NCBI RefSeq assembly: GCF_000315625.1 | Contig: NW_005434652.1 | Coordinates: forward strand, 569,263 to 629,222 | Direction of reading: 5' to 3' | Source of the DNA: Guillardia theta CCMP2712 | Lineage: Eukaryota; Protista; Cryptophyta | Length of the DNA: 59,960 bases | In this document: in pieces, positions 49,072 to 59,960 of the stretch | How positions within the stretch are numbered: the stretch's first letter is position 1 | Layout of the letters: the number at the start of each line of letters is the position of its first letter | Notes under the pieces: model-generated | Seen by the model: the letters and a program-made list of their open reading frames with translations, nothing else | The model's database searches: none | Told to the model about the DNA's origin: nothing | Made by a program: the position numbers and the translations under genes

Positions 49072-49399
49072 ACGCTGGCTTCCTGAACAAGTTTGCTTTG
49101 TGATTGTGATGGATACTTTCAGCACACAGGCTCTTGTTTTATATTTCTTTGTGATTGATTCGCCCATATTTGTCTATTTTCACGAAATGAAATGGAGCGA
49201 TCTGCGTGTGAGTCGAGAGTATTTTGAAATTTTGTGAGGATTCTGATGGTAGCAAGTTGATGTGAATTGGGAATTGGGAAGCAATCGAATCCACATATCC
49301 TTTAATCCTATTCATTTTGGTCGTGGACTGTGTGACTTTTTTCTTTTGAAGGGAAGAGGAACTAGATAGATTATGGCAAAAAAAGAAGATTAACATAAA

Positions 49400-51099
49400 A
49401 TGGACCAAGAGAGTACTACATTCAACTTCCAACAACAGCTTCTTTGGTGAGCCATCATAAAATACAGTCAACAAACTTATTTGTTCTCAGGAATGCCAAC
49501 GCAAGCCCTCCGACTCCACGATCACCTGTTGGCTCCCCAGTTAATTCCTTCCGCTTTTTTCAGCCCTTGGACCTCGCGGAGTCTGCTGGTTTCCGTGCAC
49601 AATCACCTCTCGGCACTTTTCAGTGGGGGGGAGGGCAACAAAAGACCTTTTCTGGTTACATTCTTGTCACAAAGGTCGAGTGTAATTGTTTGACCAGGGC
49701 CAACTTCGCCTATTGGTTCCCCACGCAGAGATGCAGGCCAACTCTCGCCCACCTTACGTGCATTTCTGGATGGACGGGATATATCACCTTTGCGCGCTGT
49801 ATGATGTCCTGCTCTTCTCTTTTTAAGTATTGATTGCGGTGAAATAAGATATTTGGAGAAAGGAATGGAAGCTTGAGTCCATTCCGCCAATTCAGCCCCC
49901 TCCGTGGCACAGTGAGTGGTTTAATTTTTTGATAGATGCGTACTCTTTGGGCTTGGCGTAGATTACAGTGCATCCTGTTTCAACGGTCTCACATGAACTG
50001 TTTAGGCATCTGACGAGGGAAGCATGAGATTTTCGCCTATGCGATTAGCTAGTGACGATGGAGGCAAACCTCAAAGTCCGATTGGAGGGTGATTGTACCG
50101 GCATTGCATGTACTTCATCTTTGACAATTTTGGTCTTCAGATTACCTGGAGATATCAGTGAAAGTCAGCTAGAAGAGGCGTTGCGAAGGCATACTCAATC
50201 CACCAGGTAGGAGGACAAAAGTGTTTGATTGTCTGATTAGTCATAATGATTACAATTGCAGGTATTGGTCCAGTGTGAGGAAACGATCCCGGCCGAGGCC
50301 TGGTACGTGATTGGTAGAATTCATATCAGATTCATTGAAAAGGCTTTTGCTAGAAAGTGGAATGACTATCGAAGGGGAAGAGGATGCCTCTACAAATTTT
50401 TCAAGTGTTGTGAGTCAAGTGCTCCACAAGCAGAGATGTGAGGTTGATAGCCTGATTGCAAATTGTTTTAGGGAAGTGCCGGATTGGAATCGATGACCGG
50501 TGTACCAAGCATTGCTAGTACTCAGGTCAGCATGTGCATTGGTCATCAGCATCGCGAATTTAAACTTTGTTTTTTCTCATGCTATTTATGAATAGCCCAT
50601 GTCATCTACAGCAATGCAGCTTCAAACACAACTCCAGGCAAGTATCGCATGTGTAGCGCTTGTCAAGACTTGAGCAAACTTGTCTTTGCTCTCCTTTTAC
50701 TCGCAATTTCTTTCTCCTTTGCAGAACATCAGCAGTATGAATACGTGGAACCAACCAGCAGGGCAGACTCAACAGGTGCATATCAATGCTCCCTGCACCC
50801 CGTTCACCTTTTTCTTATGTTAAGGGTCGTGCACAATCTCCCACCTATCAAATACCGCCGCCAGCTTTGAATGTATTTGATTTCTAGATGCTCTTTTTGA
50901 AACTGATGCTTTGTGAAGGGTGTCAGCTCTGGACAGCCAAATCAACAGGTTGACATTTCGCCTTGCCTTTGAGTAAACTCAACGTCTTGGTTGGGTTTCA
51001 GCTACAGATTCAGCAACTCCAACAGCTCGTTCAACTGCAGCAGCAAATGCAGCAGCAGCAGGTGCAACAGCCTGTACAGCTGCAAGTACAGCAGCAATT

Positions 51100-51151
<52 letters not shown>

Positions 51152-51216
51152 CAACAGCAGCAGCAGCAGCAGCAGCAACAATTGCAGCAGCAGCAGCAAC
51201 AACAACAACAACAATT

Positions 51217-51269
<53 letters not shown>

Positions 51270-51443
51270 TTCATGTACGTACGAATGTCTGCTTTGAATT
51301 GCTAACGACACATCAGGCTGTGTCTCAGGCTGGCTTAAGTCAAATTCAAGCAGCACAGGTGAGAAGCAAATGTTGAAACTACAGACTAAACTTTCGGTAG
51401 AACAATCAGTTTCAACAAATTCATCAGCAATTGCAGTACTCCA

Positions 51444-51476
<33 letters not shown>

Positions 51477-54218
51477 TTCACGGCAATTTTCAGCAACCGC
51501 ATGGAACCCAGATGCAACTACACCAACAGGGTTTCCATGGATCCTTTTCCAACAATTTCCAACAATTCTCAGGAAATTCAGCGGTAGAAAAATTGAAGGT
51601 AAACTCGAAGGCGTCAAGTCGATTTTTGCAACTGTTCTTTAGGCCGACCTCTTCAACCAGAGTGCAAACCCGAGTAACGCTTTCTCCCATGGTTTGTTCT
51701 CGTGCCTTCCATTTGAATTGAATCCTATGCATTGACATTTTGTTTACTTCAGTTCATGTTAACAACATGGATGCCAAAGGGCTCATGGGTGTCAATCAGG
51801 TTTGTCCCCAATTTTCATACTGATATCTGAGTTTTCCTATTCGAAGTTCTCTGGGGCAAATACACAACAAGATCAGCAGGTTCTTCTTATTCGTTTTGCA
51901 CTTTCACTTGTTTCTAATTTTTGACTTGTTAGAATAAGTTTGCTACCAATTCGATGCCGATGGACTACTTTGTAAATGTAGACTTGCATTGCAATAAGTT
52001 TGATTTATATTTCTATGACAAGTGTGTGACACAGCCCTTGAATATCCCAATTGCTGGATCGAGGCCTTTTGGGTAAGATTTTCTATTTATTTTGATGTAT
52101 CTAATTTCGGAAATATCTTCAGGGTTGTTACTCCCGATTTGAACACAAATGCAGTTCAAGCCCATCAAGTCGTTTGTTATGATGATCTGAAACTTTGCTG
52201 CTAATGCCAAAAATCCAGATTTTGGACGACAAATTTGTGACCAACCACAGGAGAGATCGGATGCCGAATCGAGACTGCGCATCGGTGAGGCATCGAATTG
52301 AGAGTTCGATTTACCAATTGATGTTGAATTGTTATTAGGAGGCGGGCTCGCCTTGCCGTAGCATGTCCGGATCTCCAACGGGACGAAGGCAATCAAAACT
52401 TTTTGTTCCCGTTTCATGTCTTCGCTGACGATGCTCCGGTTTGTCGCAGATGCACCTCTACAAGTCCCATAAGGCGAGCTATCCGGACGCAGGTTGTGCT
52501 GCTTGTGTTCTTGCACGTTGTGACAATTTGCGTGATGTAGAAAGTCGCAAGTGCACCGCAGCCCCCGAGTGTAGATATGATGACGTGTTGTGTTCAGCTA
52601 ATGGTAAGAATCCGATTCATCTTCATTACGCATTTGATGTTATGGCAGGCAAGTCCTGGTCAGCCCTCTGCGAGAGTGACACAGGTACACGACATTTACC
52701 CTTCTCTGTAGCTTTCGTTTTCGTGTCAGCCCCGCAGTGGTTTAGATGGGTTGTTGCATCCAACCGACACATGGTGTTAGACTAGCAAGGACAGAGCGAA
52801 AGGGCCGTCAGTATGACCTTCAGTTGGTAACATTCGGTCACGTAGGCTCTCGAAGCCTTTGCTGCCAGCGTAAAGGCAGGCCAGAGAGAAGAAGCCATGA
52901 GAGCGGCAAAACGAAGCAAAGGACTTTTGGATGGACACACCGACGAACTTGCTGACACTCTGGCCAAAATTGGTGCGACCCTTTGTGAACTTTCCGTCTC
53001 GACTTACGTTGTGAAATTAGGAGTGGATGACGAAGAAGAAGATAAAAAGATTGGACAGGTTTGATGCAAGTTGATGAGTGATGAAGTTACGGATGGTTTG
53101 ATAGTCACCAATCGAAAGACACAAATTGCTTGCGTGGAGGCCGCCCACCAATGGCAAGATAAATATAGATGTGTTCAAAAGCAAAGACGGGGTAAGCAAT
53201 CTTGTCCTGAGAATTACAGGAATGATGATGCAACAAACAGACCAGCCATAGCGTGAATGTTAAAGGAGCGAAAAGCTGGAGTGAATTTCAAGAAGCCGTC
53301 ACTCAACTGGTATCAGCAGTACGTGAGCTTGTTCCTGACGTCGAAATCAAACAGAATCAGGTACGATACATGTGCTGCTCTTTTTGCTTATTTTTTTTCG
53401 CTCCAGGCCCGAGTTGCCTTGACAAAATCCAGTTTTCATATTGGACACTGTATAGACATTGGGAACCTAAACATCGCCGATGACTTCGCAGAGGTAGGGT
53501 GCAAGGATTGCCTCGAAGCTCCATGCTCAGCTACGTGCAGGTCTGCACGAGGAAGAAGAAAGGAGCAGAGGCTGCAGTTGGCAAGGCTGCCAAGACAAAT
53601 GGTGGACTCGTTTTGAAGCTTCACAAGTGAGGAGATTGCACTCGGATAAAGAAATCCTTCACTGAGTGTTACTTGCTTGACGTCGTTCTCTGTGCTAAAG
53701 ATGGAACGCAAAAGTTATGCTACATGGCAATGGTCGTGGAGACATGTGGTGGCCAACTTCAGGTTTTCAAAAACGATTTTCTTGACAGAGCTGACATTTA
53801 AACAGATCTAGAGAACATGACTGAAGCTTATAATGCTCTGTGTGCACACTTGAATATCTCGGGTCACCCAAGCTCGCCGTCAAGTATGGACTTGCATCAT
53901 CTCGCATGGGCTGAGGTGTTGCTCGCAGGCTCTGTCTCATCTCCGTTACAGCACCCGTTGGAGTCCGATCTCATGCCGCCGCCACAACGTGACATTCAAG
54001 TGTGACTGATTCGAATCTGACATTTCAATTGCAGCCCTTGTCCGCAAGGGAGGGAGTTTCAAGAAGAAGATGAGCGAGGAAGGTCAGCCATTGTTTTCGC
54101 AAGGAGCGTCCAACCCCGTAATGCAAAACCAAGGTCAGTGCCAGGCTTTGTTCCAGCCGACTGGGCAGACGTGAGTGATCTTGCCCATGCAGCATTTCCC
54201 GGATTCAAAGCCACCTAA
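49400..54218 (+). CDS. Polyglutamine-rich, many-exon protein with an unrecognised C-terminal globular region (putative transcriptional regulator)
   Basis: MDQESTTFNFQQQLL/WNANASPPTPRSP start. CAG/CAA tracts at 51000-51270 and 51440-51480. Phase-consistent C-terminal exons SPIERHKLLAWRPP..VNVKGAKSWSEFQ..; ends AFPGFKAT*. Confidence 0.6.
51101..51268 (+). repeat. (CAG/CAA)n coding trinucleotide repeat (polyQ)
   Basis: Direct inspection; inside an AG..GT-bounded exon. Confidence 0.95.
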
Positions 54219-54417
54219 CAGTCTAAGAGTACAGATTTGAGTTTACTAGACAGGCATTATTAGTTTCGAGTTGTGGACGCTTTGTTTCGAAACCAGTGGA
54301 TTAAGTTGAAGAATGACACTTTGATCGTGAAGATTGAGAGGTGGTGGATTCAGAATGTAATGCTCAGACCTCTTTTAATCATATGTGGGGGACTTGTATT
54401 CATATCAGACATGCACG

Positions 54418-55684
54418 TTAAGAGCTTCCGACCGCGCTGTGCAGAGCAGTGACCCACTTGTCGCAAGCCTCGAGACTTTCTGCTTTGAAGCTGACAACCT
54501 TACAAGACAGTCTGAGTGCTAAGGAGAGATGATCGCAAGTCTCACCTGCCCTTTGTCGCGATGAACCAGATCGAACCTCAAAGGATCCATTCTTCCTTTC
54601 CCTGGAACCCTCCGCTCCGGCGGAACATACCAGTTCTTCATGTCGTATCTGCGGATTAGAGTTAGGAAAGGAGGAAACGCAAGGAAGGAAGACCTTTCTT
54701 TCGTGTCTCCTTTGTCATTGAGATGTAGACACTCCATGACACCATCGGCTAGCGAGCACTGAAGTCGGATCTTCCAAGGGTCCTCAAACCTTCCGTGATC
54801 TGCTTTCTTCTTGCGTAAGATTGACTCCATCACCTTGTTCCCCTTCCGCTTCTGAGTCTCCTCAGCTTGAGGCAGGCCCGCAGCTTCCTCAGCCACTTCT
54901 TGAGCTCCCCGGCTAGAGACAGGCTGGAGGACGTTGTTCTCATATGACGACGTATCATGCCTGTCACTTCGCGAACTCACTGACGCCTCTTCGCTCCCCT
55001 TGAGCAAGCTTCGTAACATCTTGACTTCAGCGGTCAGCGCAGCATTCTCTTCGAGGAGGTATGATGCCTTGGCTGCACTCTCTTGGATCTGCACTCTCGC
55101 TTCTTCCAACTCACTTTTCAACACATTTCTGTCTTCTTCAATCGTGCGTTTTTCTGCTTTGAGCTTTTCAAATGCAGCTTCTCTTTGAGCGAATTTTGCT
55201 TGCAACTCGTCAAATGCCGAGTTGTTTAACTCCTGCGAGCGTTGTGCTTTGCTTTCTTCAAGTAGTCTCTTCTCTTCTTTTAGCTGCTCTTCAACTACAG
55301 CGATGTTGGCAGCAAGCCGCTTGCGCGCGAGGGTCACAGCAGAAGAAAGACTGTCAGCCGACGAAAGAACAGCCTTGGACATCTTGCTTCTCTCAGCTTC
55401 GACGAGGGCAAGGAGATCCTCGATGTTTTCTAAATCTTCGTCGTCCCATTCGTTGCTTTCTGTCGCCTCCGCATTCTTTTGGGGAGACTCGTCAGCCTGT
55501 ATGATTGTGAGTTTGACAGGACACCCCAAGTTCGTCTCACCATGCCGAGGCTTCCGAGGTCTCTGAGAGGGTCAGAAAGGCTGCCGTCAGAAGATAGAAG
55601 ATCTTGGGGGTCCTGCTGGAGGGAGGATGCGGCTGCTCGCGGAGTCGCCTCCTCACTGTCGCCCTCGGGTATGACATGCAGCAT
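54418..55684 (-). CDS. Coiled-coil protein with C-terminal PH domain, multi-exon
   Basis: MLHVIPEG.. spliced to coiled-coil ORF 54519-55529. PH-like MESILRKK..PWKIR..FDLVHRDKGQ|VVSFKAESLEACDKWVTALHS*. Confidence 0.72.
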
Positions 55685-55722
55685 GGCGGGCGGGAAGAGG
55701 AGCAGAACTGAACGATAGGCAA

Positions 55723-55894
55723 GGATTAAGCGATCATTAATGTTTAAGAGCAGGATTAAGCAATGATTAGGCGAGGATTAAGCAGCGGTGATCAATTATT
55801 AATTTTATAGGCTGGAAATAAGCGATTATACATTTTTTATTAAAATGCTGATCATCCCAAGGCAGGATTAAGGCAGGATTAAGGCAGGATTAAG
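55723..55894. promoter_or_regulatory. Cluster of six GGATTAAG motifs upstream of the PH gene
   Basis: Copies at 55723, 55753, 55775, 55865, 55876 and 55887; the last three form a perfect 11-bp tandem. Regulatory role is inferred only. Confidence 0.4.
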
Positions 55895-55992
55895 CCATGG
55901 TTCGGACGGTGCCTTGTCAGTTTATTGGCATGATGGTCGGCTGACAAGTCTGAAGTACAAGAATACATCTCTCATCGCTCAGATGCTTCACT

Positions 55993-58900
55993 CTAGTCTC
56001 CGAACATGTCCAGGTCTTCTTCCTGCATGCGAGTAGATCAGCTCATCTCCATACACGATGCACGTGACCTTCTGCTCCAGCGACTTTTTGTAGTCCTCGA
56101 CCAGAGATTGAAACCTTTCAGCGCCTACCCATCCTGGAGTAACAAGCATGAACAAGACACACATCTCTGTAGGAGATGCAGACCAAACTCTATCACGGTA
56201 CACGTCAAGTTGTCTCCACTTCCTGACAATCAAGTCATCACGATCACTGAAACCTTGCGACAGTCCGATAAGGTTACGGTCTGTCACCTTTCTGATACGC
56301 GGTCCGCACCACAGAAGCAGCCGCGTCCTGTGGACGTCCAAAGTGTTCTCCAGCGATGTCAACAGCCTCCTGTGAGCAGAAGGGTCACCATCACTCTGAG
56401 CGGTTCACAACACGCCATGTCCTCGCGGTCGGTCACCTGGTCATCAAGCATGTCCCAGATGCCGTCACAGGCCATGACGATGAAGCAGTCCTCTGATGTG
56501 ATATCCAACACCTGACGATTCGTGTGAGAGGGGTCGGTCCGCCAATCCCCGTCACCTTGATCTCTGGTTCGCTCACGACAATCTTGTTCGGTTGCTTCAG
56601 GTCAGTATCTCCAAACGTCCGCGAGACTGCCAGGTATTGATGCTCCTGCAAACTCTACGTTCAGCTTCACTTCATAGCAAACGAACACTGCAAGGATCAC
56701 TTTCAAATTCACCCCAGCTCCTGCACCAGCTGCAGTTGTCACACGCCAGACTCCACCAATATTGACAACGTAGCCTCCTGCCGCCCGAACCTACGTGACA
56801 GTCTCAACTCCCTCACAGGACACGCACAAGGCAACCCGTCGCTCCTCGTCGCCACGGTTCGGTTTGTGATCTTCTGAAAGACGAATCGCTCTGCCGCCTC
56901 TGCACATCACAGCTCTAGCGCGTGGCCACAAGTAAGAGGCAAGTGATTCACAGATTGAAAAACAACACTCAGATGCCTTCGGTGACGATATTACCTGCAA
57001 TCTCCGGTATTCGCACAATAAACTTTGAGGTCTCCTGATTTTTGCTTCAAGTTCTTTTAGCAGAACGTGATGAGTCAAAATTTCATCCATGCACCTCTGT
57101 TGGAGTAATGCTTCCTGTGACCAAGGTCACCAGGGCAGTGGAGCCATCCTTCGCCTTCATGTGGCCTGGCAACTTGATAAGTTCCTGCAAACCTGTCACT
57201 TCTAATGACGATCAGCAGGCTTTCTCAACTTTGTCCGTGTTGATGAAGACGTCATTCAAAAGTCTGGATACACACTGAGATCGTAGGAGGGCAGAATGGA
57301 GTTGGCACCTTCGGATGCTCGATTCGTTGGGGGTCCATGACACCAAAGCATTTCTGCGCAGTTGAATGTTCTTGTGGAGATGTTTGGCAAGATACTCAGG
57401 CGTGAAGATTCCACCATGCCTGATAAGCGCAACGAAAATGGTCATCTCTACATCTCAAACAACCTACACAGGAGTACAGCCACAATTGTTCTCACCCATC
57501 GAAGATCGCATAGTAGTATCCGAGATCACCCAAGTCTTCAGGACCAGAGTACCTTGCAAGCTGCCAGTCACGAGGGGAGAGGAGGAGAAAGAGATATCAT
57601 GCGGCTCTACCGATCTTCTTGATGATCTTTCAACCCACGCCAGGACTCCGTGTGAAAACGCAAGTTGAGCTGTGCGTGATGCTCCTGCAAGCCAGAACAA
57701 AGTGAGGGGTGTCAAAGTAACAGAGATTAGATGAAAGTAAAGGAGGTTAAAGTAAGGGAGATGAAAGTAAAGGAGGTAAATGTAAGGGAGGTTAAAGTAA
57801 AGGAGGTTAAAGAAAGGGAGGTTAAAGTAAAGGAGGTAAATGTAAGGGAGATGAAAGTAAAGGAGGTAAATGTAAGGGAGATGAAAGTAAAGGAGGTTAA
57901 AGAAAGGGAGGTTAAAGTAAAGGAGGTTAAAGAAAGGGAGATGAAAGTAAAGGAGGTAAAGGTAAGGGAGATGAAAGTAAAGGAGGTAAATGTAAGGGAG
58001 ATGAAAGTAAAGGAGGTTAAAGAAAGGGAGGTTAAAGTAAAGGAGGTAAATGTAAGGGAGATGAAAGTAAAGGAGGTTAAAGAAAGGGAGGTTAAAGTAA
58101 AGGAGGTTAAACGGAGGAAGGACTTAAGTTAGGGGAAGATTTAGAAAAGACATCACCTGCGGCTCAAACGGCAGGCCGTCTGGAGTTCGAACATCCAAAG
58201 CACTTGAGTGAAGAACTGTCAGAGAGTGGAGTAGAGAATGCTACCTTCACCATCGGCGACCATCTTCTGACGTGCTGTATGAGCTGTCAGTCACCTTACA
58301 AGGAACTCAAGGCTTTCAACTGCCTTAAAGTGAAGGAAACTTGTTGGCCTTCAGTCAACGCCACTAGACCCGAACCTCCTCGAACCACAACCTGGCAAGA
58401 CATGACTTCGAGCACCATAACTTCATTCCTTACAGCGTTCTTATGAACGAATACGTCTGTTTTGTCAGATGACTCCAAGCTAGAGAGGTAGATGTGAGAC
58501 TCTTTTGTGCGATGTAACTGAAACAATATACCTCGCGCCCTCCTCCGGAGAAATGAATCCGAATCCTTTCTTGACATTAAAATTTACAATCTTCCCCTTT
58601 CACAGTGTTCAAAAGACGTAACAACACGTCCAGTGTTCTTATGTACCTTCAGTCTTCCCTCATTCGCTTCAGAAATATTTTCACCTAGGGTGGCGACTAA
58701 TCTTCAGGATGTTGTTGCTGACCCACAACATTGGAAATAGAGACCATGTGCAGTTCTTGTAGAATTCTCTTTCATCCCCTGACCATCTTCAAGCGTCTGC
58801 AGCATTGATGCATAAAAGGTTTCTGCTTGAATCTGCATGTTTGATCAAAGGAAATCTTGAACGCTCAGCTTTGAAAACCTTAAGCTCCTTCAAATCTTTA

Positions 58901-59246
58901 CTTGTTGACATATCTGTTGCGAATTCAACAAAAATCACTCTCAAGAATTTTCATCATTTGCAGATCAGTAAACCTTTGGAAAGTGAATTGAGCTTCTTCA
59001 AAAACTGACAAATAAAATCAATTATCAAAGTAAATGTAGTCAGATACAACCTCTAGAAATTCTTCCAAATTCTTTGATTCCTGCAAATTTTCAAACTCCT
59101 CGAGCAATTCTGTGATAGATAAATTCTCCATGCTTGATTTCTAGTCCCAAAAATTCAATAAAGAAATCTTTTGATGTCTTTGCAAGAACCTTGGAAGGCT
59201 GGAAGTCGATCTCATTTGATGAGATATCTTCTGACGATCTTTTCAT
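55993..59246 (-). CDS. Cold-shock domain - PP2C (PPM) protein phosphatase fusion, many exons; start may lie further upstream
   Basis: CSD: RLK|GKIVNFNVKKGFGFISPEEGA..DVFVHKNA..LTEGQQVSF..GRRCALDVRTPDG. PP2C: SWRGLKDHQEDR, YAIFDG|HGG, DGSTAL, ANTGDCR|AV, LSEDHKPN, LAVSRTFGD, VSEPEI, ACDGIWD, GSGDNLT. Joined by phase-0 intron 57685-58156. Confidence 0.85.
57731..58110 (+). repeat. Intronic minisatellite: 15-bp units in a 30-bp higher-order period
   Basis: ATGAAAGTAAAGGAG / GTTAAAGTAAAGGAG alternate with GTAAATGTAAGGGAG / GTTAAAGAAAGGGAG; ~25 units. Confidence 0.93.
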
Positions 59247-59960
59247 CTGCAAGTTCAAATTCGTATTAGATGGTGATTCATCACATGATTTCTCCGATTA
59301 GAGTGGTCACTTGCTCCAAGGCTATGAATCCTCGAGCGCTCCTATCAATCTTCTGAGAGGGTTCATCTATCATCTCTGATGGACAATAGGGAGAACTCCA
59401 TATCTACTTCTCTCAGATTTAATTCGAGGCAGTCCAAAGATTCATATGCTCGGTCTTAGTTATCTGCTTTCCCGTGATCATCCTTCTTCTCTCGCTCTTC
59501 GCGAATCCAGACCCTTCTCGTCGACCTCCCTCCCTCGCTTCCTCAACTGTTTCTCTTTTTCGTTCTAATCACTGATCTTCTCCATTCCTTTTCCTACCTC
59601 GGACTCTCTGTTCTAGATTATATTTTCCTTTTAAACACTCTCACTTTCACTAGCTGATCAGTCCTTTCCTCGATTCGCTTCAAATTTCCCTGCTCCCGTG
59701 TCCCTCCTCTCATGCTCCCGGCCTGCCTACGCCAATCATTCTCAAACTCCTGCTATCCTTCCTTTCTCGCTCTCCCCTTTCTCCCTCCCCAGTCCTGTGC
59801 TGCCGTCGGTAATCTCACCCTCCTCTTCTCCTCCTCATCATCATAATCACCATCAACATCCTTCCTATGTTCTGTCCTCCCCTCTTCTCTCATGCTCTTC
59901 CCTATCCTCCCCTCCCCTCCTCCCCTCCCCTCCTCCTCTAACTCCTGACCTTATCTCCTC

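Noticed and set aside
50979-51617. PolyA, polyS and polyL ORFs
   Set aside because: Alternative frames and strands of the CAG repeat; the polyQ frame has matching splice sites.
53105-53195. Possible Zn2Cys6 start (IACV..MCSKAKTG) in the polyQ gene
   Set aside because: It needs a non-canonical donor and lacks the remaining cysteines. A different frame (SPIERHKLLAW..) splices cleanly at both ends.
57731-58132. ORF encoding MKVKEVKVRE repeats
   Set aside because: By-product of a stop-free minisatellite lying antisense inside an intron.

Overview
Eukaryotic nuclear DNA from a draft assembly with three N gaps. Genes are dense and broken by many ~40-60 nt spliceosomal introns, and two carry signal peptide + Phe (bipartite plastid-type) leaders. 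This pattern is most consistent with a cryptophyte alga such as Guillardia theta (inference, no search run). Much of the real coding content is invisible in the ORF track and was recovered by manual splicing. In order: the 3' half of a duplicated gene; a 214-bp long-inverted-repeat element; a decayed CRE-type non-LTR retrotransposon; a gene with two tandem Zn(II)2Cys6 clusters on micro-exons; a ZFC3H1/Red1-like gene; a ~4,100-aa REJ/Ig-like/EGF surface protein; a leader-bearing beta-propeller with four inserted EF-hands; TAF5; a coiled-coil/ARM-like gene; a small plastid-type membrane protein; a PDZ-C2-WW scaffold; a WWE-WWE-RING E3 ligase; a 17-bp x ~51 minisatellite; a polyQ protein; a coiled-coil-PH protein; and a cold-shock-domain-PP2C fusion. 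The most notable items are the CSD-PP2C fusion, the EF-hand-inserted propeller, the nested repeat insertion in the REJ protein and the double Zn2Cys6 gene. No rRNA, tRNA or CRISPR was seen. Novelty of all findings is untested because no database search was possible.
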